Sequence record: NC_070991.1
Strand: one strand, 5' to 3'
Length of the DNA stretch: 64,000 bases
From: Escherichia phage vB_EcoP_WFI101126
Shown here: piece after piece, positions 30,112-40,709 of the stretch
Position numbering within the stretch: position 1 is the first letter of the stretch
How the letters are laid out: each line of letters starts with the position of its first letter
Made by a program: the position numbers and the translations under genes
The notes under the pieces: generated by a model
The model's input: only the letters and a program-made list of their open reading frames with translations
Database searches by the model: none
What the model was told of the DNA's origin: nothing

Positions 30112-30124
30112 TATAATATCCTTA

Positions 30125-30943
30125 TTACCAAGATTTATCTAACCATGTCCAGTCGAACAGGTCTTCCGGAGTCTGACCAACAAAGAGCAGACGAGCATTC
30201 TCAAGCATCTTCTCTTCATCTTCAGTATCGAACTTCTTATAATATTCCATTCGTACTATATGATACATGGTCCACTTATCTGTAACACCAGCTAGTAATT
30301 TAGCTGCTGCCTTCTTCCCTATGCCTTGACGTCGAAGCTGAAGCTTACCGCCCCACATAACCTCTTTACGTTCCCCACATCCGGGGATATTATCCGTACC
30401 GTCTCCAATCAACATTTGATAGAAGAAATTTTGCCATGAAACTAAATCGGATACGTAGTGAGGGGGAACCTCTTTTTGCCTTTCTCCACAAGCCCAACGA
30501 TAATGCCATCCGGGAGTTATCAACAAATCTTTGTCTCTAGTACAGATGATAGTGTTCTTATCCCTACGTTGCCTTTCAGCTAGTGCATCATCAGCCTCTC
30601 TCCCAAATACATCTATGTATTCATATTTACCTTTAATGTAATCACCAACGTTTTGCCAGTGAAAAGGTCTTTCTCCGGGAGGTCTGTTTGCCTTGTAGTC
30701 TTGCTGTTTAGCAACATCGAAACGGAAGTTACCACCTTCGCTGAAGTAGAACACGATCTTGCTACAACCCGAGCGAGCTATGATTGTATCAATCTTATAC
30801 TGAAGTCGTTCAATCATGAAATTGTAATCAACTGGAACACGTCCTGTGTCAAGGAAGGGATGCTCCTGAGTAAGAGCACCTACTTCATATCGAAGAACGT
30901 CAGCATCCACTATAGCTACTTCAGGGAGCTTAACGTCTTCCAT
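30125..30943 (-). CDS. 5'-3' exonuclease / flap endonuclease
   Basis: FGREADDALA (classic GxEADD active-site motif) and LIGDGTDNIPG helix-hairpin-helix. Confidence 0.8.
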   Translation of the reverse strand: MEDVKLPEVAIVDADVLRYEVGALTQEHPFLDTGRVPVDYNFMIERLQYKIDTIIARSGCSKIVFYFSEGGNFRFDVAKQQDYKANRPPGERPFHWQNVGDYIKGKYEYIDVFGREADDALAERQRRDKNTIICTRDKDLLITPGWHYRWACGERQKEVPPHYVSDLVSWQNFFYQMLIGDGTDNIPGCGERKEVMWGGKLQLRRQGIGKKAAAKLLAGVTDKWTMYHIVRMEYYKKFDTEDEEKMLENARLLFVGQTPEDLFDWTWLDKSW

Positions 30944-30944
30944 A

Positions 30945-31471
30945 TTATTCTCCTAACAGCTTACGTATTCCATTGCGGAAATTATCGTACTCTTCAGGGT
31001 ATTCAAACCCACACTCAAGAAGAGCATAGTGAACAACCTTCAACAAATCCTGAACCTTATTCTTATCTTTGTGTCGATAAGCATATTTGATCATATTGGT
31101 TTGTTGGAAGTTCAACTGTGGGTTTGCATGATAAAACTCAATAGGTTGAATGATTTTAGATTCCGGGTTATAGTGTGCACCGCCAACCATAGTGTCTAAA
31201 GCTGGACTTCTTTTGCTGGTTTGTTTAGTTGTGGACTTAAAACTGACCACAGGAACAGAAGAGTAAACTATATACTCTTCCCCTACTGGTGGTTTTATTC
31301 TTAGTCCGCGCATGGCATATTCAATCTTCGTGTCAGTGGAACCTGAAGCAATCTCTTCAACAGACTTGCGATAGCTGTCAATAACTGCCCGTAGCATAGA
31401 GATTGTTTTGGTCATATCTTTTACTTTCTCATTAAGTACAACAACCTCTGATTCTTTGAAATCAAACAAAT

Positions 31472-31481
<10 letters not shown>
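30945..31481 (-). CDS. hypothetical phage protein, DUF3310-like
   Basis: GGAHYNPESKIIQPIEFY...NMIKYAYRHKDK...DLLKVVHYALL fits remembered DUF3310 pattern; recollection only. Confidence 0.45.
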
Positions 31482-32765
<1,284 letters not shown>

Positions 32766-33058
32766 AATGCATCTCTTTATAAACAGTTTCCGTGTTCTTC
32801 TTCCAGTTAGATAAACCGGTAAGAACTCTCTGAGCAACTTCATCAGCTGCCCTACTTCTTTCAATCTCTAACTCTTGTTGATGCTTTTCTTTATCCAGAT
32901 TGTTACTGTCTGTTCTGTACTCATTAAACTTCATGCCACCAAAGAATACAAGAGCTGAAAAGATAACAAATCCTAGATTATCACTTAAAGTGCTTTGCAT
33001 ATTGACTCCAACGAAAAAAGCCACCCGGAGGTGGCTAAGCTATAACAAGGAGAGTTAT

Positions 33059-33472
33059 TTATATGAATTTCTGCATACCTTTGATACGAGGGTTATCATC
33101 ACCAACTCTCGATTTACAGTAAGCGATAAAAGATTCAGTATTGAGGTTATCCTTTTGAGAACCCCACTGGAGATTGTCTGCTCTATTGTTGCTCGGATTA
33201 TCATCCAGATGCATAACAACAGCGTTAGGAAAAGGTTTCTCACCATGAAAAATCTCACACACTAAGATATGAATCCTTTTCTTAAACTTTCTTTTCCTGT
33301 TTACAAACACCATTCTTCCATCTTTCTCTCTATATCCGCTATATGGTTTTCCTACGAAAAGCCTAACTCCACCATTATTCGTTATGGCTGTGAAAGGCTT
33401 AATCTTAACTCTACCAAAAGATGATACGGAAAGGAAATCATAATAGGGGTGATCTTTCCAGACTTCTTCCAC
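33059..33472 (-). CDS. HNH homing endonuclease (NUMOD4-like N-terminus)
   Basis: HLDDNPSNNRADNLQWGSQKDNLN matches HNH_3 homing endonuclease core. Confidence 0.65.
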   Translation of the reverse strand: MEEVWKDHPYYDFLSVSSFGRVKIKPFTAITNNGGVRLFVGKPYSGYREKDGRMVFVNRKRKFKKRIHILVCEIFHGEKPFPNAVVMHLDDNPSNNRADNLQWGSQKDNLNTESFIAYCKSRVGDDNPRIKGMQKFI

Positions 33473-33481
33473 TATCTATCC

Positions 33482-34228
33482 TCAAAATGGGCTATCGTTG
33501 TCGTCTTCGTAAGTAGAGGCAGGCTCTTTATCAATCGTAGGGATTGAAGGAGTAGCTTCTTTCTGCTCTGTTTCAGAAGCACGAGTAATTTCACGACCAG
33601 CCAGAGGCATGTTCTTAGCGTCATTAGCTTGAGTAAGCAGGTTGCGCTGGAACGGGAACATCAGTTGATAAGATGCTACGTTCTCATCGGTTTCAGCATA
33701 CGGTTCGAAGAATACCAGAGGACTACGAGCTTCACCAACTGCTGCACGATATTTGGTTGGGATTGGAGAAATGGTCTTGATGGAGTTTTTAACTTCACCA
33801 GCTTTGTTAGTATAAGAGTTAACCAGAATGTTAACAGGCTGGCCTAACAGAACATCCTTGAACCAAGACAGATCACCTTTCAGTGCTTGAATACTTGGGT
33901 CAATCATCTTGCAAAGATCAAGAATACCAGAGTTCTTAGCTCGTGGGTTTACATCATAGCTCTTGAACTGGCAAGCCGGACGTGGTTCTAATGCCTTACC
34001 ATCGGAATCTTTACCAGTAGCATCAACACCAATCAGCTCGAAAGCTAAATCCATACGGAAAGCTGGATTCTTAGGAGTTACTGCTTTGGTCTTCGGGTCA
34101 ATCCAAGGGTCACGATTGTGAACACCCAAACCTACTACACGAACGATACGTGCTTCGTACTCACCATCAGGGATTACATCGTAGTTGGATTTACGGGAAG
34201 CAGTTGCGATAGTTGGAATCATAGACAT
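33482..34228 (-). CDS. single-stranded DNA-binding protein
   Basis: 248 aa; acidic C-terminal tail ending DDNDSPF, typical of phage SSBs. Confidence 0.6.
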   Translation of the reverse strand: MSMIPTIATASRKSNYDVIPDGEYEARIVRVVGLGVHNRDPWIDPKTKAVTPKNPAFRMDLAFELIGVDATGKDSDGKALEPRPACQFKSYDVNPRAKNSGILDLCKMIDPSIQALKGDLSWFKDVLLGQPVNILVNSYTNKAGEVKNSIKTISPIPTKYRAAVGEARSPLVFFEPYAETDENVASYQLMFPFQRNLLTQANDAKNMPLAGREITRASETEQKEATPSIPTIDKEPASTYEDDNDSPF

Positions 34229-34279
34229 ATTTTAATTTCCTTATTTAATTTGAAAGATTGTTGCTCTCTTTGAGCGGTT

Positions 34280-34296
34280 ATGTATAGTATACATTA
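34280..34296 (-). promoter_or_regulatory. palindrome ATGTATAGTATACAT containing TAATGTATAC on the minus strand (34296-34287), about 60 nt upstream of the SSB gene
   Basis: Read directly. Confidence 0.4.
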
Positions 34297-34359
34297 CGCT
34301 TATACCGATAAGAGTACTATATAATATAAGTATCTTTGGTAGTAGATATAACACACTAG

Positions 34360-34369
34360 TAATGTATAT
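34360..34369 (+). promoter_or_regulatory. plus-strand TAATGTATAT copy in the 416-bp intergenic region
   Basis: Read directly; no plus-strand gene nearby. Confidence 0.3.
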
Positions 34370-34464
34370 ATTGTATAGCTGATAAAGTTATTGCAGGCTT
34401 GTATATTGGGCAATTCACAGAATCCCTTGCAAGTACCGAAGGGCAGGAGCCACCTGCGAGATAA

Positions 34465-34530
34465 AAATAGAGAATTAAGGAATCCTTGATTTAGGTTGTA
34501 GGGACTCCTAGGGACTTTGATTCTCTATTT
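34465..34530. repeat. 11-bp inverted repeat (AAATAGAGAAT / ATTCTCTATTT) enclosing 44 nt that include a direct repeat TAGGGACT x2
   Basis: Read directly; no clean U-tail on either strand. Confidence 0.5.
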
Positions 34531-34774
34531 AAAAGAATATTAATTACTTATTACCTAAATAATTAACTAACTTACTTAAACCAAATTCAAGAATAATAGA
34601 TAAAAAGATTATTCCTAAGAAAGCTAAAAAGTAAAGGATATAAGTTACCATTCAAGTAAACCTTTAAAGTTAGTTTGTTCTACTATCCTCTGATAACGAA
34701 GATTAGAATCAGCTTGTTTCTTTAACATCTCATTATATTGATCTCTGATAGAGTCTTTATATACTACAGGTTCT

Positions 34775-35278
34775 TTAAATAATGAGATCTTGTTCTTTTC
34801 TTCTTTCATCAAAGACCTTCCTAATCTCTTGCAGAGAAACAGCTTTATAGTTAATTTGCTCCATTGATGTACAGAAATATCTCCAATCATCAATTACATG
34901 GTTATGAGTATGAGCATAAATATTAAACTTCCCTCTCATCTCGTCAGTGTGAATAGGAATATGAGTTACCCAAAACTCTTTATATTTATAATCACCAGAG
35001 ATTCTACGGAATACTTTCATCATATCGGGGAGAAGTTCTAACCTGTCATGGTTCCCCAAGACCAGATGCTTCTCTCCTTTTACTTCAGCGATGATATCAA
35101 GGGCATACTTTTCAAACACCCAATCACCGGTAAAGAAGATTTTATCACGCTTAGTTACATGATCAAATGCAGCTAGGATTGCTTTGTCATGCTCTTCAAT
35201 GTTTTTAAATTGCTTACGAAAACTACAGATGTTGCGATGACCTAAGTGACCATCTCCTGCAAAATAAACTTCAGCCAT
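34775..35278 (-). CDS. calcineurin-like metallophosphatase
   Basis: GDGHLGH...FTGDW...VLGNHD...HTHNH metallophosphoesterase motifs. Confidence 0.7.
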   Translation of the reverse strand: MAEVYFAGDGHLGHRNICSFRKQFKNIEEHDKAILAAFDHVTKRDKIFFTGDWVFEKYALDIIAEVKGEKHLVLGNHDRLELLPDMMKVFRRISGDYKYKEFWVTHIPIHTDEMRGKFNIYAHTHNHVIDDWRYFCTSMEQINYKAVSLQEIRKVFDERRKEQDLII

Positions 35279-35287
35279 AAAGACCTC

Positions 35288-35503
35288 TTAGATAGTGCAC
35301 CCGTCACAAGTTAAATCACCTAGAAGGGATAGAGAAAGTAATCTGGATTGCTCATCACTGTATAGTTGATCAATCTCTTCTTTAAGTTTTGCCAACTCCA
35401 TGAAATTGATAAGTTGACCATGTTCAAGACAGTCTGTTTTTAGTATAAACAAAACTTCAGCGTCTGTTGAATCTTCACTTGAATATTTATCAATGTATTC
35501 CAT
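35288..35503 (-). CDS. hypothetical acidic protein (71 aa)
   Basis: ORF track. Confidence 0.4.
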   Translation of the reverse strand: MEYIDKYSSEDSTDAEVLFILKTDCLEHGQLINFMELAKLKEEIDQLYSDEQSRLLSLSLLGDLTCDGCTI

Positions 35504-35518
35504 TTTTACTCCTATTAA

Positions 35519-35662
35519 TTATGACCAAGATTTAGCTTTCACTTCGACGTATGTTTTAACTTCACCTTTCAAAACTTCCTGAGAAGCATTTGCACTTTCC
35601 TCAGAGTGATGTACAACGGTGATCTCTTTCTTTCCAATCTTATAAGTGTGAATCCAAATCAT
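35519..35662 (-). CDS. hypothetical small protein (47 aa)
   Basis: Hand-translated; ATGA start/stop overlap with upstream gene; AAGGAAG Shine-Dalgarno. Confidence 0.35.
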   Translation of the reverse strand: MIWIHTYKIGKKEITVVHHSEESANASQEVLKGEVKTYVEVKAKSWS

Positions 35663-35826
35663 ACTTCTTCCTTATATTCCCAATTTCTTTCATAATATCC
35701 AGAGTTATAGTTTAGGGCGCACTTCTCGGCCTCTTCTATGTCGTCAGTGTTTAGGATATTTACCCATCCTCCAACTTCATCAAAACCTTCCTCTACTTCG
35801 TTAAACCATACACTATATTTCTTCAT
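35659..35826 (-). CDS. hypothetical small acidic protein (55 aa; internal start of track ORF)
   Basis: ATG 35826 overlaps stop of upstream small gene (ATGA). Confidence 0.4.
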   Translation of the reverse strand: MKKYSVWFNEVEEGFDEVGGWVNILNTDDIEEAEKCALNYNSGYYERNWEYKEEV

Positions 35827-35999
35827 CGAGAAGTTCTTCCCCAATCTTTTACATAGCATCGACCGTTAACCCACTTCGTCTCTGACTTAAATTCTTGAGA
35901 CAATCTCACTTCACAGTCTTCTCTACTGGCATCCCCTCCGATATCAATCAGATATAGGAATAGAGCTATACCTAAAGCCCAAAGAATTATCTTCTTCAT
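35823..35999 (-). CDS. small protein with N-terminal hydrophobic segment (58 aa)
   Basis: Hand-translated MKKIILWALGIALFLYLIDIGG...; ATGA overlap with upstream gene stop. Confidence 0.4.
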   Translation of the reverse strand: MKKIILWALGIALFLYLIDIGGDASREDCEVRLSQEFKSETKWVNGRCYVKDWGRTSR

Positions 36000-36388
36000 C
36001 GAATCACCAAAGGCTCCTCAGAGTACACAGGAGCGGCTATTTCTACAGGAGGTGCTGCCCTAAGGTCATTAAGTCTTACACCCTTCAGCATCCCATCTAG
36101 GTGGTCCTTTTGGGGGATTCCAACAGGGAAGTCGTCAATCCAGATATCTACAAAGAAACCTAGCTGCCGACATACCTCATCCTTTTGTACACCATTGCAA
36201 AAGATGATAGGAATCTGCAAACACTCTGCATCAATCTTAATATCGTGATTATCATACCCATTAGGCTCTGCAAAGCGATAAGTTACAAAACGTACATCAT
36301 AGCCCTTTTCTTGCATTAAAGCCACCACAGAGCGCCACAGCTTTTTATCTGAGGTGTAAGTGTCATCGTAATCTAAGCCAATATTCAT
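35996..36388 (-). CDS. hypothetical protein (130 aa; track gives TTG start at 36406)
   Basis: ATG 36388 with AAGGA Shine-Dalgarno; TTG start would sit inside the upstream terminator hairpin. Confidence 0.45.
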   Translation of the reverse strand: MNIGLDYDDTYTSDKKLWRSVVALMQEKGYDVRFVTYRFAEPNGYDNHDIKIDAECLQIPIIFCNGVQKDEVCRQLGFFVDIWIDDFPVGIPQKDHLDGMLKGVRLNDLRAAPPVEIAAPVYSEEPLVIR

Positions 36389-36402
36389 GTCAAATCCTTT
36401 AG

Positions 36403-36428
36403 ACAAGAAAAGCCGCCCGAAGGCAGCT
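36403..36428 (-). terminator. minus-strand intrinsic terminator: GCTGCC/GGCGGC stem, UUCG loop, U-rich tail
   Basis: Read directly from reverse complement. Confidence 0.55.
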
Positions 36429-36434
36429 TCTTAT

Positions 36435-36632
36435 TTAACTGTTCACTTTAGCTTCAAGTGTTTCGTTTTCAATACTCAAGTCAATCACTACACCAGTAAG
36501 CTCAACGACTGCTTGGCGAAGGGCATCTTTACCCATAGAGTGTACTTGAGATAAGAAGAAAGCTTTACCTTCTTCAGTGGATAGGGTTTCTTTCAGTTCA
36601 GTTGCAGTCATTCTTTTCCTCTCTCTTTCCAT
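36435..36632 (-). CDS. hypothetical protein (65 aa)
   Basis: ORF track. Confidence 0.4.
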   Translation of the reverse strand: MERERKRMTATELKETLSTEEGKAFFLSQVHSMGKDALRQAVVELTGVVIDLSIENETLEAKVNS

Positions 36633-36788
36633 AGTTCAGCCAGTTCTAAATAATATTGTGCTTCATCAGCACGTCCTTGTTCACTACAGATGGCGCTTTG
36701 ACGATAACACCAATCCGATGGCATCTCTTCCACTTCAATCTCCTTGTTACGAACCAATCAATAAGAATAGTTCATTCGTCTTATTTGT

Positions 36789-37025
36789 TCACTCTGCCAA
36801 TGCAGGTATCTCTAATCTCTTAATTGTGAATGCTTTGTCTGGAAACTTTCGAACTAGCTCCACTGCTTTGCTAATTGCTAAGTTCTCTGTTTCAAAGATA
36901 CAGAATTGACCATTCAGCGCGGTAATAGTGGAGCCACCACTGAAGATGGCCCAAGATTTATAATAACCACGAACGCTCATAACCCACCTTAGTGCGTATG
37001 CATCCAGTTTAGTCCAATCTGACAA
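36789..37025 (-). CDS. hypothetical protein (78 aa)
   Basis: ORF track. Confidence 0.4.
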   Translation of the reverse strand: MSDWTKLDAYALRWVMSVRGYYKSWAIFSGGSTITALNGQFCIFETENLAISKAVELVRKFPDKAFTIKRLEIPALAE

Positions 37026-38833
37026 TCAGAAGCCAGAGGACATTCCATGTTCAAATATTCACCCGCTTTCTTAACACAAAGCTCAGTGTGTTCTTTGAGT
37101 TTCTGTACATCATTACGATTCACTGAGAATTGGCCCTCATCGTGCATATCAATTACCTTAGCACAACGAACCCTATCCCTCTCAATCCACTTGTTTAGGA
37201 ACATCATAGCATATTTCATAACAACAGCACCAGCACATTGCAGGAGAGTGTTAAGTGCTTTATGAACCATAACCTTACCAGTGGCATCTCGTCTCATTGT
37301 AATCTTACGACCATCAACACCAATCAAGTATCCTTGAGCAGCTTTCTCTGTCATACGATCAATGAGGATTGCAATACATGGGTTCTCTGCCAAGAAACGT
37401 GCTCGCATCACTGAACCTTCGTCAGCCCCACCACCTACAATTGAACCAAGCTTAGCGTCTCCAGCACCGTAGTTGAATGCATAGATAAACGTTTTAGCAT
37501 TGTCACGAGTAGGAAGACCAGCAAGTTTCTGGTTGTGGGAGTGGATATCGCCTTCAAGGAGGATATCACGATACATAATAGCAGAAGCTAAACCACGTTC
37601 TGCCAGAGCTTTCTTAGCTGGATTGTTTTCTTCTATCGCTTCAGCAAGCATATCCCTACACTCTTTAATGAGGTAGTGAGCGAGCATACGAAGCTCAAGT
37701 CCAGAACCATCATACCCTAAGAATACTTCTTTACCAGCGGGTATGTAATATTTGTAAGCACCTACAGGTTTGTCTTTCTTCCCCGGCTTACCTTTCTCGT
37801 AAATTACGTTAGTACCTTTTCGTATATAACAACCATCAGGAACAACGTTAGTAATAACGAAAGGACGAGAATGATCACTGTCTGAGTTATAGTCAGACTC
37901 AAACAGACTGCGACACTCGTGACCAAACAGACCACGGGAGGGAATATTAACCACGATACGATGTTTGAATCGAAAAGTCGGAGTAGCGCAGCTGTTAGCT
38001 TCTGCCGAAAGTTTACCATCTTCGCGTTCCTTTGCTATGAGTCCACTGATAAGACCTAGCCTGTGAGCCGCTACAACGCGTCTCTTAAGCAAACTTCCGA
38101 CACTCCCTAGCTCACCCCCTAGCCCCTCTTCAAGAGTCTCCTCGAGGTTTGTAGGAGCTGTAGGCCACTTGTTTGATGTGGCTAGTGCTTTCTTAATCTC
38201 ATCAAACGTTACAGGATTACGACGATTAGGGTTCAATCCCAAACCAAATACGTAAGCCTTCATATAGTTCTTAGTCTTAAACCTGAAATGCTTTTCTAAG
38301 AACTTCTTAATATCAGCGTCAACCATCTCGGCTGTCTGCTTCTGTTTAGCATTGCCTCGCATCCAAGCAGTGTACCATGCTTGATACGTTCCATACTTTC
38401 TCATATCTTTCTTAATTTCGAAAGTATTCCAAGGCTTCTTAGATACATTAAACTCTGGAGGAAGAAAGCCCTCATCCATAAGAGCTTCTTTAACTCGAGC
38501 ATCTTTCGATGGGTCAAAGTCTACGTATTCAACACAGGTGAAAGCTCCACCAATATCTTCTCTTTTCAGCCCAACCCTATCACAATAGGCTTGAGGCCAC
38601 TTCTGTAAAGCTCCAGACTTCTTAAACGGCTTCATATAAGTAGAGCCGTCTAATCTCATCTTAGGTAAGAGAGGAATCAACTCTCTGTCAATATTAACAA
38701 TAATCTCTTTAAGGAGGTGAACATACCACCGAGCATTTCTTCGGTTGAAACTCACTCCGTGCTTTGCTTGCTTAGAGATTATATCAGCGACAGTCATCTC
38801 TGTCAAAAATGGAAGAGCGTCCGGGTTGCTCAC
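36989..38833 (-). CDS. DNA polymerase, family A, polymerase domain only
   Basis: 614 aa; RDNAKTFIYAFNYGAGDAKLG (motif B) and VIDMHDEGQF (motif C); no exonuclease motifs in this ORF. Confidence 0.85.
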   Translation of the reverse strand: MSNPDALPFLTEMTVADIISKQAKHGVSFNRRNARWYVHLLKEIIVNIDRELIPLLPKMRLDGSTYMKPFKKSGALQKWPQAYCDRVGLKREDIGGAFTCVEYVDFDPSKDARVKEALMDEGFLPPEFNVSKKPWNTFEIKKDMRKYGTYQAWYTAWMRGNAKQKQTAEMVDADIKKFLEKHFRFKTKNYMKAYVFGLGLNPNRRNPVTFDEIKKALATSNKWPTAPTNLEETLEEGLGGELGSVGSLLKRRVVAAHRLGLISGLIAKEREDGKLSAEANSCATPTFRFKHRIVVNIPSRGLFGHECRSLFESDYNSDSDHSRPFVITNVVPDGCYIRKGTNVIYEKGKPGKKDKPVGAYKYYIPAGKEVFLGYDGSGLELRMLAHYLIKECRDMLAEAIEENNPAKKALAERGLASAIMYRDILLEGDIHSHNQKLAGLPTRDNAKTFIYAFNYGAGDAKLGSIVGGGADEGSVMRARFLAENPCIAILIDRMTEKAAQGYLIGVDGRKITMRRDATGKVMVHKALNTLLQCAGAVVMKYAMMFLNKWIERDRVRCAKVIDMHDEGQFSVNRNDVQKLKEHTELCVKKAGEYLNMECPLASDCQIGLNWMHTH

Positions 38834-38849
38834 TTTATACTCCTTTGAA

Positions 38850-39272
38850 TTATTGGTAAAGTAAATCTGTAAATGCTTGGTTATCTTCTACCACACCTAA
38901 CATGGTAGCTTCATCACTATAAGCTCTAACCGACCCATTGACAACTGTCCAAGGAGGGGGCGGAGGAGGTATATGTGTAGCTCTGGCTTCACGAGGTTGT
39001 TCTCGTACCAGATGAGCCACAACTCTCTGATTAGCAACCTCTTCCCTTTCTCGAATAGCTCTTTGAATGTAAGCCAGCTTCATACCCCAAGCTTCTTCAA
39101 ATTCTTGAGGGTGCTTATCGCTGATAACCACATACTGACGTTCAGGAATACCAGAGCGAATCTCTGATAATAATTCATGGAACAGGTCCAGTTCGTGCTC
39201 AGTGAGATTCATTTCAATATCATCCCACTTGAGAACTAGGAAACGGTTTTGGTGTCTAGCTGGTAATGGCAT
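38850..39272 (-). CDS. hypothetical protein (140 aa)
   Basis: ORF track. Confidence 0.45.
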   Translation of the reverse strand: MPLPARHQNRFLVLKWDDIEMNLTEHELDLFHELLSEIRSGIPERQYVVISDKHPQEFEEAWGMKLAYIQRAIREREEVANQRVVAHLVREQPREARATHIPPPPPPWTVVNGSVRAYSDEATMLGVVEDNQAFTDLLYQ

Positions 39273-39435
39273 CCTACTCCACCTCTACTTCAATGTAAGT
39301 TCTCTCGCCAACATCGTCTTTTAAGACCCATGACTTGGCATCTTCTTCCGACTTAAAAGCTTTCACAACGCTGTATCCGCCTTCCCATTCATCACCGAAC
39401 CAGCGCTGTCCTACGTAAATGTATTCTTTCATCAC

Positions 39436-39720
39436 TCAACCTTTCGGGAATGGCATTAAAAATTCTACAGCAGATTTGATTTCGTTATTGATTCGTGAAT
39501 CACGGTAAGAGATAAACTTACCTTTGCTGTCACGTAACATCACATGGGTTCTGGCTGTTTTGTGAGGAAGCAAAGTGATACTGGTTGGGATAGTATCAAT
39601 TCCTACAGAGAATGAATTAATAGTCTTACTTTCTACTAGCAGATAAGACCAAGTACGGGGTTTCTGCTCCGGGCGGTTGGGGTATGTATCTCTAATCTGA
39701 ACCATAGCTAACTTATTCAT
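39436..39720 (-). CDS. hypothetical protein, tandem paralog A
   Basis: Shares ARTxVxLRxxxGKFxSYxxxxxxxxxxxAxExLxPFPKG with adjacent gene. Confidence 0.5.
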   Translation of the reverse strand: MNKLAMVQIRDTYPNRPEQKPRTWSYLLVESKTINSFSVGIDTIPTSITLLPHKTARTHVMLRDSKGKFISYRDSRINNEIKSAVEFLMPFPKG

Positions 39721-39721
39721 A

Positions 39722-39976
39722 TTAAACTCCTTTAGGGAATGGGATGAGGTTTTCTATTGCAACACGGAAAGATTTTTCTACATCTTTGTTTTTATAAGAA
39801 AGGAATTTACCATCAGCGCCACGAAGGATTACGTTAGTGCGAGCTGTATTTGGGTTTTGTTGAATCATAGAACGAATGATGTTCTCTGAACCTCTGTGTT
39901 TATTGGTGAATTTCCAACTGATAGTTTTACCGGTACGAGTTACATCAATGATATTTACAGATTTTACAATAGACAT
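39722..39976 (-). CDS. hypothetical protein, tandem paralog B
   Basis: See paralog A. Confidence 0.5.
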   Translation of the reverse strand: MSIVKSVNIIDVTRTGKTISWKFTNKHRGSENIIRSMIQQNPNTARTNVILRGADGKFLSYKNKDVEKSFRVAIENLIPFPKGV

Positions 39977-40045
39977 ATTTATTACCTAAGAAGTTTAATT
40001 TGGTTTATATAAAAGAAAAGGCCACCTGATTAGGCAGCCTTTGTT

Positions 40046-40339
40046 CTAGAGACGAAGACAAGTTTGGTAGTCGGCTTCAGTGTAATGGTTATTTCGAGAA
40101 TCGTTTTTCATTTCCTTAAGAGTAGCCCTCAAGTCAATGTTACGCTCTCTCCTTGTCCTATTCGGGTCTGTATCTTCTAATAGATGGGAGTGATCACTAC
40201 AAGAGTAGTGCTTATAGTGGTCCCTGTATCCCCTACTTGGAGAATACTTGGTCATTAAAGTTGCAACTCTTTTTACACCCTCTGATTTACAGAATTTACA
40301 ATAAGTGTGAATTGTACATCTTTTTGTTTCTGCTGACAC
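40046..40339 (-). CDS. Cys/His-rich small protein
   Basis: ORF track; CTIHTYCKFCK...HYSCSDHSH. Confidence 0.45.
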   Translation of the reverse strand: MSAETKRCTIHTYCKFCKSEGVKRVATLMTKYSPSRGYRDHYKHYSCSDHSHLLEDTDPNRTRRERNIDLRATLKEMKNDSRNNHYTEADYQTCLRL

Positions 40340-40349
40340 TATAACCTCT

Positions 40350-40664
40350 TTATGAGCTTAAAGCTCCTTTGCGTGCTCCAGCTGCTTTTCCAGCTCGATC
40401 ACCACTTTTGCCGCCGTTTGAACGGTTTGAGCTGACTGATTCAACACGTAAGTTGCTTGACGCATTAGAACCTTCAGACTTGACAGCTCGTTTGTGTCCA
40501 ACATCTTTACCTCTGACAGCAGCTTTTCCATCGCGCTTTTCAACGATGCGACGTGCACGGTGGCGCTGAGCATCTCCGCTCTTGCTCCCAACGCCTGTCT
40601 CACCACGGGCAATTGCGGTACGTCTTTCTTGTGCATAATCTCTCTTTCCTACATGATCTGCCAT
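40350..40664 (-). CDS. basic Gly/Lys/Arg-rich protein (104 aa)
   Basis: AAGGAG 6 nt upstream of ATG 40664; a second overlapping ORF (40358..40636) is open in another frame. Confidence 0.4.
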   Translation of the reverse strand: MADHVGKRDYAQERRTAIARGETGVGSKSGDAQRHRARRIVEKRDGKAAVRGKDVGHKRAVKSEGSNASSNLRVESVSSNRSNGGKSGDRAGKAAGARKGALSS

Positions 40665-40699
40665 TTAAAACTCCTTAATATATCAGTGTACACTAAGGA

Positions 40700-40709
40700 G
40701 TATACATTA
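40700..40709 (-). promoter_or_regulatory. TAATGTATAC motif, 35 nt upstream of ATG 40664
   Basis: Read directly. Confidence 0.4.

Noticed and set aside
40358-40636. 92-aa ORF overlapping 40350..40664 in another frame
   Set aside because: Cannot both be coding; the 40664 start has AAGGAG at ideal spacing and the motif upstream. Kept as unresolved alternative.
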